In this document: piece by piece, positions 19,590-30,657 of the stretch
How positions within the stretch are numbered: the first letter of the stretch is position 1
How the letters are laid out: every line of letters starts with the position of its first letter
DNA from: Myxococcota bacterium
GTDB lineage: Bacteria > Myxococcota_A > UBA796 > GCA-2862545
Assembly: GCA_039208735.1 (NCBI GenBank)
Contig: JBCCQY010000007.1
Location: forward strand, 1-64,000
Reading direction: 5' to 3'
Length of the DNA stretch: 64,000 bases
Translations under genes and position numbers: made by a program
The notes under the pieces: generated by a model
What the model saw: only the letters and a program-made list of their open reading frames with translations
The model's database searches: none
What the model was told of the DNA's origin: nothing

Positions 19590-20555
19590 TTGAAGATCGT
19601 GATCGCAGGGGGCACCGGTCAGCTCGGTTCCGTGTTGGCCCGAGGGTTCACCGACCACGACCATGAGGTGCGCGTCATTGGCCGTTCGGTGACGGATCCC
19701 GACCTTCGATGGGACGGCCGCACAGCGGGGCCCTGGACACAGGCCATCGACGGGGCCGACGTGGTCATCAACCTCGCCGGTCGTTCGGTCAATTGCCGCT
19801 ACCACTGGCCCAACCTGAACCTGATGATGCAGAGCCGCGTCGATTCCTGCCTGGCGATCGGCCGCGCCATCGAGCAGGCGCGCCGCCCGCCGGCGGTCTG
19901 GCTCCAGGCCAGCACCGCCTCGATCTACGCCCACACCTACGGGCCGGCGCATACCGAATCCACCGGCGAGCTGGGGGGCCGTGAGCCCAACGTTCCGGCG
20001 TATTGGGCCTACAGCGTAGCCATTGCGCGAGCCTGGGAACTCGCACAACAGAGCTGCCAGACGCCCCACACGCGAAAGGTTGCGCTCCGGCTTGGCTTTA
20101 CGATGAGCCCCGACCCCGGAGGCGTTTTCGACTGGCTCATGTGGCTCGTCCGCCACGGACTTGGCGGACCCTTCCAGGGCGGCCGGCAATACGTCTCATG
20201 GATCACCGGGGTCGATGTGGCCCGAGCCGTGACCTTCTTGGTGCATCACGAACTCGAAGGCCCCGTCAATCTGACGGCGCCTCAACCGCTTCCGAACCGT
20301 GCCTTCATGGCCCATTTGCGGGAAGCCGCCGGCGTGCGGTGGGGGTTGCCTATTGCCTCTTGGATGGCCGAGATCGGTGCGGTTGCGCTCCGTACCGACA
20401 CCGAACTTATGGCCAAGAGCCGTCGCGTGCAGCCCGCTCGCCTGCTGGATGCGGGCTTTGCCTTTCACCGTCCCGATTGGTCGATCGCCTCGCAGGACCT
20501 CGTTCAACGCTGGTGGAACCTTCACGACGCCGCCATGGACCGTATCGAGTCCTGA
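19590..20555 (+). CDS. TIGR01777-family NAD-dependent epimerase/oxidoreductase (DUF1731)
   Basis: KIVIAGGTGQLG, VVINLAGRSVNCRY, GRQYVSWI, GPVNLTAPQP; GGAGG RBS before TTG 19590. Confidence 0.9.
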   Translation: MKIVIAGGTGQLGSVLARGFTDHDHEVRVIGRSVTDPDLRWDGRTAGPWTQAIDGADVVINLAGRSVNCRYHWPNLNLMMQSRVDSCLAIGRAIEQARRPPAVWLQASTASIYAHTYGPAHTESTGELGGREPNVPAYWAYSVAIARAWELAQQSCQTPHTRKVALRLGFTMSPDPGGVFDWLMWLVRHGLGGPFQGGRQYVSWITGVDVARAVTFLVHHELEGPVNLTAPQPLPNRAFMAHLREAAGVRWGLPIASWMAEIGAVALRTDTELMAKSRRVQPARLLDAGFAFHRPDWSIASQDLVQRWWNLHDAAMDRIES

Positions 20556-20613
20556 CCAGACGATCCTCGGCGTCAAACATGGGATAGAACGACCCGGCTT
20601 GGCGAGGCGGAAC

Positions 20614-21867
20614 ATGCGCACCATCATTGCATCCTTGGCAACCGCGCTCGTGGTTGCGCTGCTGATTGGCGGATTCGGAACAGACCCCCGATGGGGTGCA
20701 TGGATAGGGGCCACAGCCATTGGCGCCTTTGCGCTGGGATGGGTCTTGCGTCCCTTCGACCCGATTGGTCAGATGCCGCTGACCGTCTTGCGCATGCTCC
20801 CTTACCCGGTCTTTTGGAAGGATCGGCGTTCTGTTTACCTAGGTTGCAATTCAAGCTTCGCTGAATTGGCCGGCCTGCCCGATCCCGACCAGATCATCGG
20901 CCGTACCGACTTCGAGATGCCCTGGTCTGAGGAGGAGGCGCGGGGCTACCGCGCTGACGACGCCGAGGTCATGAGGCACGGCCGTCCCAAACTTCACATC
21001 ATCGAGACACAGTTGAATGCAGCCGGAGAAAGGACGTGGCTGGACACTTCCAAGGTCCCGTTGCGCGATCCGAACGGTCAGATCTTCGGCATCCTAGGCA
21101 TCTTCAACGATCTGACCGCGCTGAAGAGTGCCGAGGCCGATCTCGTGGTTGCCCGTGACGAGGCAGAAAGCGCGAGCCGCGCCAAGAGCCGGTTTCTCGC
21201 GGGCATGTCTCACGAGCTTCGCACGCCCTTGAACGTGATCATTGGCTACGCAGAACTCATGCTCGAAGAGGCCGAAAATGGCCTTGCTCCAACCGATGAC
21301 CTCGACAAGGTGCTCGGGCAGGCGCATCACCTGCTTCAGCTCGTCAACGATCTGCTTGACCTCGCACGAGTGGAGTCAGGAGCGGTAGCGGTCGACATGC
21401 GCCCCTCCGACGTGATGCCGATTGCGGAAGAGGTCGTACGAAGCTGCCAGCCCTTGGCTATCGCCCGAAACAACGCCCTCACCTTGTCGGGAGAAGGTCC
21501 CGCCGTGGCGATGGTCGATCCGGACCGTCTACGTCAGGTGTTGCTGAACCTCGTCGCGAACGCCTGCAAGTTTACGCGCGACGGTCGCATCACTGTAGAA
21601 GTTCGCCTGGCCTCGGACGAGGTACGCCTTCAGGTTCGGGACGACGGGCCCGGATTGTCCGAGGTGGAACAACGCCACATCTTCGCGCCGTTCACGCAAG
21701 CCGAAGGTGTTCACATCGAACACGGCGGTTCGGGGCTGGGGCTTGCGATCAGTCGGGAACTCACGGTCCGCATGGGCGGCGGCTTGACCGTCGAGTCAGC
21801 CAAGGGCGAAGGCAGCTGCTTCACCGTCTCGTTGTCACACCCTCGCTCCGTCTCCGAGGTCGCCTAG
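20614..21867 (+). CDS. Membrane PAS-domain sensor histidine kinase
   Basis: Two TM segments; PAS VFWKD..YLGCN; H-box MSHELRTPLN; NLVANACKFT, DDGPG, GSGLGL. Confidence 0.93.
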   Translation: MRTIIASLATALVVALLIGGFGTDPRWGAWIGATAIGAFALGWVLRPFDPIGQMPLTVLRMLPYPVFWKDRRSVYLGCNSSFAELAGLPDPDQIIGRTDFEMPWSEEEARGYRADDAEVMRHGRPKLHIIETQLNAAGERTWLDTSKVPLRDPNGQIFGILGIFNDLTALKSAEADLVVARDEAESASRAKSRFLAGMSHELRTPLNVIIGYAELMLEEAENGLAPTDDLDKVLGQAHHLLQLVNDLLDLARVESGAVAVDMRPSDVMPIAEEVVRSCQPLAIARNNALTLSGEGPAVAMVDPDRLRQVLLNLVANACKFTRDGRITVEVRLASDEVRLQVRDDGPGLSEVEQRHIFAPFTQAEGVHIEHGGSGLGLAISRELTVRMGGGLTVESAKGEGSCFTVSLSHPRSVSEVA

Positions 21868-21877
21868 CGTCTGGGGT

Positions 21878-22507
21878 CTACTCGACCGTCGCCGCCAACA
21901 CGAGCTGAGCTGCGTAGTACAACGGCAGGCCCCAGGCGCGGGTGGCAAACGACGCCCGCACGAACCGCTGCTTGGCGACCGCAATGTCGGAGACGTAGAA
22001 CCCTACCGCCCCCGCGACGATCCACCCATTCCCGACGTCGACGTAGGTGCCCCAGGCAAGCGCGACCATGGCACTGATGACGATCATGTAGGCCGCCACC
22101 GGGCCCTGCATGGCCCGACGGACGTGGGGCCACAGCCATCGCACGATGGGCACGGCCACGATCCCAAGTCCTAATGCGGCAAGCAGGGTGGCCGAGCCGT
22201 CGAGCCCGCGCACCACAAAGGCGGCTGCATAAGCGACATGACCCAGCAGAAAGCTCACAAGTCCGGCAAGGAACCATCGCGGGTCTTTTGGGATGAGCAA
22301 CACATCGCCGAGAGCGGCAAGCACCAGTCCGCCCACCATGACCTGACCGTACAGCGTCGTGGGCCAGCCATCGAACACTCCCAAAACTACGAAGCCCAAC
22401 GAGGCCAGAGGCTTGAACAGCCACTCCCATCGCGCCTGCACGGGACGTCGAGCCACCCACAGCTGCGCCCCGACCAATGCCAACACCAGCCCTGCAATGA
22501 TGCCCAC
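21878..22507 (-). CDS. YhhN/TMEM86-family lysoplasmalogenase
   Basis: FKPLAS, LGDVLL, FLAGLVSFLLGHVAY, FYVSD, LPLYYAAQ; hydrophobic throughout. Confidence 0.88.
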   Translation of the reverse strand: MGIIAGLVLALVGAQLWVARRPVQARWEWLFKPLASLGFVVLGVFDGWPTTLYGQVMVGGLVLAALGDVLLIPKDPRWFLAGLVSFLLGHVAYAAAFVVRGLDGSATLLAALGLGIVAVPIVRWLWPHVRRAMQGPVAAYMIVISAMVALAWGTYVDVGNGWIVAGAVGFYVSDIAVAKQRFVRASFATRAWGLPLYYAAQLVLAATVE

Positions 22508-22580
22508 CCTGACTCCCAAGCGTGTCCCCCTATCGCAAAGACGCGAGAGGATGACCCCGGTTCGATTTGCAGGAGGTGCC

Positions 22581-23756
22581 ATGTCGCCACGGTCCATTCC
22601 CCGCAGTCCGGATGCCGACCATACCGAAGAAGCCGCTGCGCAACGCCGCAAGTTCATTGCCGAACAGACGGGCGTCGACCTGGTACACACGGGGCACTAC
22701 TCCATCGACCCGGCCCTGACGTCGGGCAATGTGGAGAACTTCACGGGCGTGGTGCAAATGCCCATGGGCTTCGCGGGACCCTTGGTCGTCGACGGGGAAC
22801 ACGCCCAGGGAGCGTTCTACGTACCCATGGCGACCACCGAGGGCACGCTCATCGCGAGCTACAGCCGGGGGATGTCCGTCACCCGAGCGGTGGGCGGCGT
22901 CCGCACCACGGTGGTCGATGATGCGATGCAACGCGCTCCCGTCTTTGTCTTTGCCGATGCCCGCGAGGCGCGTGACTTCGGGATCTGGCTTGACAGAGCC
23001 TTCCCGGACATCAAGGCCGCGGCGGAAGCGACCACCCAGGTGGGACGTCTTCGAGACATCCAGCAGTTTGCAGCCAGCAAGATGAGGTACCTACGCTTCA
23101 ACTACACCACCGGCGATGCCGCAGGCCAAAACTTAAGTGGCAAAGCTACCGATGCGGCCTGCAAATGGATCGTTGACCACTACCCGGGAACCATTGATCG
23201 GTTTGTGCTTTCTGGCTCCATCGACACCGACAAGAAATACAGTCAGATCAACACCCTTCACACGCGAGGGAAACGTGTGGTGGCCGAGGTGACGCTGCCT
23301 CGAGACTTGCTTATCGAACGGCTCCGCGCCACTCCCGAAAGGTTGTTTGCGGCCCGGCTCACCTCCCAGCTCGGAGCCACGCTGGCCGGTACTGCACTCA
23401 ATGCGATTCATCCGGCGAACGGCGTCGCGGCCATCTTCATCGCGTGTGGTCAAGACGAAGCCAACGTCGCCGAGTCCGGTGCGGGAATCCTCTACGCCGA
23501 GATCACAAATGACGGAAACTATTACTTCTCTCTTACGATTCCATCGCTCATTGTCGCAACCTATGGCGGGGGTACGGGGCTGCCGACGCAGCAGGAATGT
23601 CTGCGTTCCCTCGATTGCTATGGAACCGGCAAGGTGAGGAAATTCGCAGAAATCGTGGCTGCAGCCCCCCTGTGCGGAGAGCTTTCGCTCGCCGCCGCGG
23701 TGGTCTCGGAGGAGTGGGTCGGCAGCCACGACCGGTATGGTCGCAACCGTCCGTGA
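22581..23756 (+). CDS. HMG-CoA reductase-like protein (class I-type)
   Basis: NVENFTG, PMATTEGTLIASYSRG, TGDAAGQN, TDKK, CGQDEANV, GGGTGL, GELSL; AGGAGG RBS. Confidence 0.88.
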   Translation: MSPRSIPRSPDADHTEEAAAQRRKFIAEQTGVDLVHTGHYSIDPALTSGNVENFTGVVQMPMGFAGPLVVDGEHAQGAFYVPMATTEGTLIASYSRGMSVTRAVGGVRTTVVDDAMQRAPVFVFADAREARDFGIWLDRAFPDIKAAAEATTQVGRLRDIQQFAASKMRYLRFNYTTGDAAGQNLSGKATDAACKWIVDHYPGTIDRFVLSGSIDTDKKYSQINTLHTRGKRVVAEVTLPRDLLIERLRATPERLFAARLTSQLGATLAGTALNAIHPANGVAAIFIACGQDEANVAESGAGILYAEITNDGNYYFSLTIPSLIVATYGGGTGLPTQQECLRSLDCYGTGKVRKFAEIVAAAPLCGELSLAAAVVSEEWVGSHDRYGRNRP

Positions 23757-23786
23757 CGGCGGTCCTCAATCCGCTAAGGTGGGGCG

Positions 23787-24722
23787 ATGGGCTCCCTCCA
23801 TAGCTACCTTGCGCCGGTCATTGCCGAGGTTCGGGCCCGGCGCCCCATTCGCACCGGCTCCCTCGTCATCACCGTGTTTGGCGACATCGTCGTGCCTCGC
23901 GGGGGCGTGGTGTGGCTGGGCAGCCTCGTCGAGCTACTTGCGCCGTTCGGGGTGAGCTACGGCCAGATTCGTACCGCAGTGTCTCGCCTTCGAACCGAAG
24001 ACTGGCTGGCCAGCGAAGCTTGGGGACGCAAGAGTTTCGTACGCCTGACCGACCATGGCCAGCGCCGCCTCGCCGAAGCCACGAGTCGGATTTACGGCTC
24101 GGGAGCCGCGCCGTGGTCGGGACGCTGGACGGTCCTGCTGTTTCCCGCCGGCCTGTCGCCTCGACACCCGGTGCGCACCGCCCTGGGATGGCTCGGCTTT
24201 GGCACCCTTAGCCCGCAAGTGTTTCTGCACCCGAATCCCGACCCCCAAGGCCTTGGCTCGGTCCTCGACGACGCCCGCCGCCAGCTGCCGCCCGACGAAG
24301 CCCCCATCGAGATCGATGGGGAAGGAACGCTCGGCGTCCCGCTCGATCATCGACACCCCGCGTTGGACCGCCTTGTCGCCAGCAGCTGGAGCTTCGAGCC
24401 CCTCGAAGCGGCTTACCAGCGCTTTGTCAACCGCTTTCGCCCGGTGACCGCGGGACTCGCGCCGCCCATCGACCCCGAAGAGGCCGTGGCGCTCCGACTC
24501 GCCCTCATTCATGACTTCCGGCGAATCCTCCTTCGAGACCCCGGCCTCCCTGAAGCGCTCCAGCCTCCCGGCTGGATCGGACAGGACGTGCGGGCTTTGG
24601 TCGCCGAGATCTACCAAGCCATCTTGGGCCCCTCCGAAACCTGGATCAGCGACCATCTCGTCGGCCCGCAAGGCCCACTGCCCCACGCCCCGATCGATCT
24701 CGCACGCCGCTTCCAGCCCTGA
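23787..24722 (+). CDS. paaX: Phenylacetate degradation repressor PaaX
   Basis: SLVITVFGD..PRGGVVWLGSL, RTAVSRL, LGWLGFG, LIHDFRRILLRDPGLP; adjacent to the paa genes. Confidence 0.93.
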   Translation: MGSLHSYLAPVIAEVRARRPIRTGSLVITVFGDIVVPRGGVVWLGSLVELLAPFGVSYGQIRTAVSRLRTEDWLASEAWGRKSFVRLTDHGQRRLAEATSRIYGSGAAPWSGRWTVLLFPAGLSPRHPVRTALGWLGFGTLSPQVFLHPNPDPQGLGSVLDDARRQLPPDEAPIEIDGEGTLGVPLDHRHPALDRLVASSWSFEPLEAAYQRFVNRFRPVTAGLAPPIDPEEAVALRLALIHDFRRILLRDPGLPEALQPPGWIGQDVRALVAEIYQAILGPSETWISDHLVGPQGPLPHAPIDLARRFQP

Positions 24723-24761
24723 TCTATCAACGCGAATTGCTTGATAAATCCTTGCCTTTTC

Positions 24762-24809
24762 AACGTGTTACGATTTTTAGTTGTATTCAGCAGAATACCG
24801 TGACACATT
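24762..24809. promoter_or_regulatory. Candidate PaaX operator / paaK promoter
   Basis: AACGTGTTACG-N26-CGTGACACATT inverted repeat in an AT-rich spacer. Confidence 0.65.
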
Positions 24810-24827
24810 CAAGCGAGGTGAGGGACC

Positions 24828-26126
24828 ATGCTCGATCTGACGCCACCGCGACACAGCCTCGACCCCATCGAGATCGCTTCGCGCGAGGAGATTGCGAGGG
24901 TTCAGTTCGACCGGCTTCGCCGCACGCTGCACCTCGTCTACCAGCACGTGCCGTTCTACACGCAGAAGTTCGACGAGGCGGGGGTTCATCCCGACCAGCT
25001 CGTGCACCTCGACGACCTGGCCCGGTTCCCGTTCACCACCAAAGATGACCTGCGAGCCAACTACCCGTTCGGCATGTTTGCGGTTCCGCGCGCCCTCGTG
25101 GCGCGGGTGCATGCCTCATCGGGAACGACCGGCAAGCCCACGGTGGTGGGGTACACCAAGGCCGACCTCGACATGTGGGCCGAGGTGGTCGCGCGCTCGT
25201 TGCGGGCCGCAGGGGCTCGACCGGGGCACATCGTCCACGTCGCCTACGGCTACGGACTGTTTACGGGCGGATTGGGCGTCCATTACGGCGCCGAGCGGCT
25301 CGGTTGTACCGTGGTGCCGGTCTCGGGAGGCATGACGCCTCGCCAGATTCGACTCATCCAAGACTTCAAACCTGACATCATCACCGTCACGCCGTCCTAC
25401 ATGCTCGCCTTGCTCGACGAGTTTCGTCGGCAGGGCATCGACCCGCGTTCCACGAGCTTGAAGGTGGGCATTTTTGGTGCAGAGCCGTGGAGCCCCGGGG
25501 TTCGGCGCGAGATCGAAGACGCCTTCGACATGCACGCAGTCGATATCTACGGCCTCTCTGAGGTCATTGGGCCAGGCGTCTCGAACGAGTGCGTCGAGAC
25601 CAAGGACGGACTGCACATCTGGGAAGACCACTTCTATCCCGAAATCATCGATCCTCAGACGGGCCAGGTTCTTCCCGACGGTGAAGTCGGCGAGCTGGTC
25701 TTCACCTCGCTGACCAAAGAAGCGATGCCGATCATCCGGTATCGGACGCGCGACCTCACGCGGCTGCTTCCCGGCACCGCCCGGAGCATGCGCCGCATGG
25801 CCCGTGTGATGGGCCGCTCCGATGACATGTTGATCGTCCGCGGGGTCAACGTCTTCCCGAGTCAGATCGAGGAAATCGTGACGGCTCAACCCGCCCTATC
25901 GCCGCACTACGTGCTCGAAGTGGCCCGTGACGACCGCCTCGACACCCTGACGGTGCGCGTGGAGTCTCGTCCGGGCACCTCTCCAGGCGACGCAGGACCA
26001 GCCTTGGCCCGTGCCATCAAAGACAACGTGGGTGTCTCGGTCAATGTGGTAGTCGAAGCCCCCGAGACCATCGAACGCTCGATGGGCAAGGCTACCCGTG
26101 TCATCGACCGTCGCTCCACCCCCTAA
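24828..26126 (+). CDS. paaK: Phenylacetate-CoA ligase
   Basis: FPFTTKDDLRANYPFG, HASSGTTGKPT, YGLFTGGLG, IYGLSE, GRSDDMLIVRGVNVFPSQIE. Confidence 0.96.
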   Translation: MLDLTPPRHSLDPIEIASREEIARVQFDRLRRTLHLVYQHVPFYTQKFDEAGVHPDQLVHLDDLARFPFTTKDDLRANYPFGMFAVPRALVARVHASSGTTGKPTVVGYTKADLDMWAEVVARSLRAAGARPGHIVHVAYGYGLFTGGLGVHYGAERLGCTVVPVSGGMTPRQIRLIQDFKPDIITVTPSYMLALLDEFRRQGIDPRSTSLKVGIFGAEPWSPGVRREIEDAFDMHAVDIYGLSEVIGPGVSNECVETKDGLHIWEDHFYPEIIDPQTGQVLPDGEVGELVFTSLTKEAMPIIRYRTRDLTRLLPGTARSMRRMARVMGRSDDMLIVRGVNVFPSQIEEIVTAQPALSPHYVLEVARDDRLDTLTVRVESRPGTSPGDAGPALARAIKDNVGVSVNVVVEAPETIERSMGKATRVIDRRSTP

Positions 26127-26148
26127 TCTACCGTTTTAGAGGTTCAAC

Positions 26149-28182
26149 ATGCGCGTTCGTAGCTTCGCGATCGAGGATTGGCACACGTCCACGGGAACTG
26201 GCCGGGCGGTCCACAGCGCCATCGATGGCCGGCAGATCTACGAGGTGAGCAGCGACGGTCTGGACTTCCGGGCCATGTTGCAGCACGCCCGTGAGGTGGG
26301 GGGACCGCGCCTGCGGGCCCTGACGTTCCACAAGCGGGCGGCGATGCTCAAATCGCTCGCCAAGGCGCTCATGGCGCGCAAGGACGAGCTGTATGCACTG
26401 AGCCGACTCACCGGCGCCACGAAGCACGACGCATGGGTGGATGTGGACGGCGGATTCGGAGCGCTGTTCGTCTACGCCAGCAAAGGACGTCGGGAGCTTC
26501 CCGATGATCAGCTCCTCCTCGATGGGGACCTCGAAGGGCTGAGCAAAAGCGGACGGTTCGTCGGCCATCACGTCCAAGTGTCGCGTCGGGGCGTGGCCGT
26601 GCACATCAACGCCTTCAACTTCCCGTGCTGGGGGATGATGGAGAAGTTGGCCTGCAACTTCCTCGCGGGCATGCCGGCCATCGTCAAGCCGGCCACCGTC
26701 ACCTCCTATGTGACCGAGAAAGCCGTCGAGATCATGCTGGATGCGGGGGTGCTCCCCGAGGGCGCCCTGCAGCTGGTGTCGGGTGGCGTGGGCGACCTCT
26801 TCGAACACCTCGAAGACCAAGATGTGGTCACCTTCACCGGCTCCGCTCAAACCGGGCGTCGGCTGAAGTCTCACCCGCGGGTCACCGAGGCGAGCGTTCG
26901 CTTCAACATGGAGGCGGACTCCCTCAACTTTTCGATGCTGGGGCCCGACGTCGTTCCCGGCACCCCCACGTTTGACGCCTTCATCAAGGAGGTGTCCGAC
27001 GAAATGCGCATCAAGACCGGCCAACGCTGCACCGCGATTCGCCGCACGCTCGTGCCACGGCATCGTTTAGACGAGGTCGCCGAGGCCCTTCGGGCCCGCT
27101 TCGAGCAGGTTCGCATCGGCAATCCCGAACTCGATGAGGTGGGGATGGGGCCACTCGTCGGAGCCGACCAACGCGACGAGGTGCGACGTGCGGTCGAGGC
27201 TCTCACCGCCGAGGCCGACGTCTTGTTCGGCGACCTCGGTGAGGTGACCGGCGCCGACGCTGAGCAAGGCGCCTTCTTTCCCTTTACGCTGCTCCGGAGC
27301 CGCGATCCGATGGGCGCCTCCGCGGTGCACGACATCGAAGCCTTTGGCCCGGTAAACACCCTGCTGCCCTACGACGACCTGCCCCAGGCCTGGGCCCTCA
27401 TCCGACGCGGACGAGGCAGCCTCGTCGGCAGTGTGATGACGGATGACGACGACGTAGCCCGGCAGGCGGTGCTCGAGACTGCGGCGTACCACGGACGGCT
27501 GATGTTCCTCAACGCCGACAGCCACCAAGATTCGACGGGCCACGGCTCCCCCATGCCCCACTTGGTGCACGGCGGACCCGGCCGTGCGGGGGGCGGCGAG
27601 GAAATGGGCGGCATCCGAGGCATGGCGCTGTACATGCAGCGAACGGCGGTCCAAGGCTCACCCACCACCCTTTCCCACATCGCCCAAACCTGGCTTCCCG
27701 GCTCGACCCGAACGGAGTCTGAGCGGCATCCCTTCCGCAAGACGTTCGACGAAATTGCGGTGGGCGACACCCTGACGACGCATCGCCGAACCGTCACGGA
27801 AGCCGACATCACGAACTTCGCCGGGGTGAGCGGGGATTATTTCTACGCCCACATGGACGACATTGCGGCCAAGGCCTCCATTTTCGAGCGCCGCGTGGCC
27901 CACGGCTACTTCGTGCTCTCGGCGGCAGCGGGGCTCTTTGTGTACCCCGGCGTCGGCCCGGTACTTGCCAACTACGGCCTTGAAAACCTTCGATTCATCG
28001 AGCCCGTCTCTCCCGGCGATACGATTCGCGCGAAGTTGACGTGCAAGCGGCGCATTCCCCGTGCCACCCGCCCGGGAGAGGCCCCTCAAGGGGTCGTCGA
28101 GTGGCACGTCGACGTTGAAAATCAAGACGAAGCCCTGGTTGCGACCTACACCATCCTCACTTTGGTGGCCCGAGATGCCTGA
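26149..28182 (+). CDS. paaZ: Bifunctional oxepin-CoA hydrolase / aldehyde dehydrogenase PaaZ
   Basis: [39 protein letters not shown]-terminal MaoC-like domain with VAHGYFV. Confidence 0.96.
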   Translation: MRVRSFAIEDWHTSTGTGRAVHSAIDGRQIYEVSSDGLDFRAMLQHAREVGGPRLRALTFHKRAAMLKSLAKALMARKDELYALSRLTGATKHDAWVDVDGGFGALFVYASKGRRELPDDQLLLDGDLEGLSKSGRFVGHHVQVSRRGVAVHINAFNFPCWGMMEKLACNFLAGMPAIVKPATVTSYVTEKAVEIMLDAGVLPEGALQLVSGGVGDLFEHLEDQDVVTFTGSAQTGRRLKSHPRVTEASVRFNMEADSLNFSMLGPDVVPGTPTFDAFIKEVSDEMRIKTGQRCTAIRRTLVPRHRLDEVAEALRARFEQVRIGNPELDEVGMGPLVGADQRDEVRRAVEALTAEADVLFGDLGEVTGADAEQGAFFPFTLLRSRDPMGASAVHDIEAFGPVNTLLPYDDLPQAWALIRRGRGSLVGSVMTDDDDVARQAVLETAAYHGRLMFLNADSHQDSTGHGSPMPHLVHGGPGRAGGGEEMGGIRGMALYMQRTAVQGSPTTLSHIAQTWLPGSTRTESERHPFRKTFDEIAVGDTLTTHRRTVTEADITNFAGVSGDYFYAHMDDIAAKASIFERRVAHGYFVLSAAAGLFVYPGVGPVLANYGLENLRFIEPVSPGDTIRAKLTCKRRIPRATRPGEAPQGVVEWHVDVENQDEALVATYTILTLVARDA

Positions 28183-29122
28183 ACCCACGTCGTCCCCATC
28201 GCACGACCCCTTCCTCGAACGCATCCAACGCGAAGAAAAGATCGAACCTCGCGACGCGATGCCCGACGATTACCGAGCCACCCTCGTGCGGCAGATTTCG
28301 CAGCATGCCCACTCCGAAATCGTGGGGATGTTGCCCGAGGGCAACTGGATCACGCGCGCCCCCACCCTGCGCCGCAAGGTCGGGCTTCTCGCCAAGGTGC
28401 AAGACGAAGCAGGCCATGGGCTGTACCTCTACAGCGCGGCCGAGACCTTGGGCGTGCCGCGGGCTGAACTCGTCGATCAGCTGCTGACGGGCAAAGCAAA
28501 GTACTCGAGCATCTTCAACTACCCCACTCCGACTTGGGCCGACATCGGAGCCATCGGGTGGCTCGTCGATGGGGCGGCCATCATGAACCAGGTTCCCCTC
28601 TGCCGATGCAGCTACGGCCCCTATGCGCGAGCCATGGTGCGCATCTGTAAGGAAGAGAGCTTCCACCAACGCCAGGGCTTCGAGATCATGGTGGCCCTGT
28701 GCCGAGGCACGCCCGAACAAAAGGCGATGGCCCAACGAGCCCTTGACCGATGGTGGTGGCCCGTCCTCATGATGTTTGGCCCGAGCGATCGGGATTCGAA
28801 GCACTCGGCCCGATCGATGCGCTGGAAGATCAAGCGGTTTAGCAACGACGAACTCCGTCAGCGCTTTGTGGACGCCACCGTGCCGCAAGCCCGCTACCTC
28901 GGCCTCACCATTCCCGACCCGGATCTGCGGTGGGACGAAGAGGCCGGCCAACACCGCTACGGCGAGATCGATTGGTCGGAGTTTCGTCGAGTGCTTTCCG
29001 GCGATGGACCTTGCAATCAAGAGCGCATGCACGCCCGTCAGCACGCGCACGAACAGGGGCGCTGGGTACGGGATGCGGCGCGAGCCCACGCCGAGAAGCG
29101 CCGGCAGCGGAAGTCGGCGTGA
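28175..29122 (+). CDS. paaA: 1,2-phenylacetyl-CoA epoxidase subunit A
   Basis: [40 protein letters not shown]. Confidence 0.96.
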   Translation: MPEPTSSPSHDPFLERIQREEKIEPRDAMPDDYRATLVRQISQHAHSEIVGMLPEGNWITRAPTLRRKVGLLAKVQDEAGHGLYLYSAAETLGVPRAELVDQLLTGKAKYSSIFNYPTPTWADIGAIGWLVDGAAIMNQVPLCRCSYGPYARAMVRICKEESFHQRQGFEIMVALCRGTPEQKAMAQRALDRWWWPVLMMFGPSDRDSKHSARSMRWKIKRFSNDELRQRFVDATVPQARYLGLTIPDPDLRWDEEAGQHRYGEIDWSEFRRVLSGDGPCNQERMHARQHAHEQGRWVRDAARAHAEKRRQRKSA

Positions 29123-29406
29123 GTACCGACGCTTGGCCCATGTTCGAAGTGTTCGTGCGGTCGCGAAGCGGCCTTGCCCACCGTCACGTCGGCAGTTTGC
29201 ACGCCGCAGATCCCGATCAAGCGCTCTCGATGGCTCGCGACGTCTACACACGTCGAGGCGAGGGGGTGAGCCTGTGGGTGGTTCGCTCCACCGACATCGT
29301 GGCCTCCGACCCCGACGAGCACGCGAGCTTCTTTGAGCCTGCCCACGACAAGGACTACCGCCACCCCACGTTCTACGACGTACCCGATGAGGTCGACAAC
29401 CTGTGA
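29119..29406 (+). CDS. paaB: 1,2-phenylacetyl-CoA epoxidase subunit B
   Basis: [42 protein letters not shown] overlap. Confidence 0.95.
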   Translation: MSTDAWPMFEVFVRSRSGLAHRHVGSLHAADPDQALSMARDVYTRRGEGVSLWVVRSTDIVASDPDEHASFFEPAHDKDYRHPTFYDVPDEVDNL

Positions 29407-30185
29407 GTGTCCACGTACAAACCTTGCTCCGGCTTGGCGACAACGCGCTCGTGCTCGGCCACCGCCTGTCGGAGTGGTGCGGTCACGCGCCGGTCCTCGA
29501 AGAGGACATTGCACTGACGAACATCGCCCTTGACCTGGTCGGTCAAGCCCGCGCGTGGCTCACCCACGCCGCCGATGTCGAGGGGCAAGGTCGCAGCGAG
29601 GACGACCTCGCCTACCTGCGTGACGGCCTGCAATACCGCAACGTGTTGCTCGTCGAGCAACCCAATGGCCCCACGTCAGGCGGAAGTTCGGGTCGCGGTG
29701 GGGATTTCGGCATCACCATCGCGCGCCAATGGCTGTTCGACACTTGGCACCACCTGCTTCTCGAGCGCCTGACCCACTCCTCCGACCCCAAACTCGCGGC
29801 CATCGCGGCCCGAGCTCGCCAAGAGGCCATCTACCACCACCGACATTCGGCGGAGTGGGTGGTGCGACTGGGTGACGGCACCGAGGAGAGTCACGCGCGA
29901 ATGCAGGCCGCCATCAACGCCCTCTGGCGCTTCACAGGCGAGCTGTTTACCCCCGACGACATCGATCAAGCCGCCGCGAGCGAGGGCCTCACCCCCGACC
30001 TGACGACCTTGCGCGAACCTTGGGTGGCCCGCATCGACGAAGTATTGGCCGAAGCCACCTTGCAACGTCCCGACGATGGCTGGATGGCCACCGGGGGCAA
30101 GCAAGGCGAACACACCGAACACCTCGGCTACTTGCTGGCCGAGATGCAACATTTGCAAAGGACGTACCCCGGTGCACGCTGGTAG
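29403..30185 (+). CDS. paaC: 1,2-phenylacetyl-CoA epoxidase subunit C
   Basis: LRLGDNALVLGHRLSEWCGHAP.LEEDIAL, HTEHLGYLLAEMQ..QRTYPG..W. Confidence 0.95.
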   Translation: MSVHVQTLLRLGDNALVLGHRLSEWCGHAPVLEEDIALTNIALDLVGQARAWLTHAADVEGQGRSEDDLAYLRDGLQYRNVLLVEQPNGPTSGGSSGRGGDFGITIARQWLFDTWHHLLLERLTHSSDPKLAAIAARARQEAIYHHRHSAEWVVRLGDGTEESHARMQAAINALWRFTGELFTPDDIDQAAASEGLTPDLTTLREPWVARIDEVLAEATLQRPDDGWMATGGKQGEHTEHLGYLLAEMQHLQRTYPGARW

Positions 30186-30657
30186 CCCGACCGAACGCGC
30201 TTATGCGGTGGTCGCACGGGTGTGCGACCCCGAACTGCCCTTCCTTTCCGTGGTCGACCTGGGCATCTTGCGAGGGTTGGACGTCGATGATGACGGTGCG
30301 GTCCACGTGCGACTCACCCCCACGTACAGCGGCTGCCCGGCGACCGAGACCATCGAACGCGACGTGACCGACGCGCTGACCGCCGCCGGATTCGACCGCG
30401 TCCATCTCGTGCAGGAACTCTCGCCGCCCTGGACCACCGACGCCATCACCGAGGCCGGTCGCATCGCAATGCAGCGACACGGCATTGCACCTCCTGGCGG
30501 CGATGCCAATCGCTTCTTTGAGGCCCCTGCGGTGAGGTGCCCGCGGTGTGGGGCGACCGAAACTCACTGCGTCAGCCGGTTTGGATCGACAGCGTGCAAA
30601 GCCTTGTACGCCTGCGACCGTTGCCTTGAACCCTTCGACCACTTCCGGTGCCGATGA
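30172..30657 (+). CDS. paaD: Epoxidase maturation subunit PaaD (called PaaJ in some nomenclatures)
   Basis: DPELP.LSVVDLG, TPTYSGCPA, CPRCG, FGSTACKALY.C..CLEPFD.F.C. Confidence 0.93.
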   Translation: MHAGSPTERAYAVVARVCDPELPFLSVVDLGILRGLDVDDDGAVHVRLTPTYSGCPATETIERDVTDALTAAGFDRVHLVQELSPPWTTDAITEAGRIAMQRHGIAPPGGDANRFFEAPAVRCPRCGATETHCVSRFGSTACKALYACDRCLEPFDHFRCR

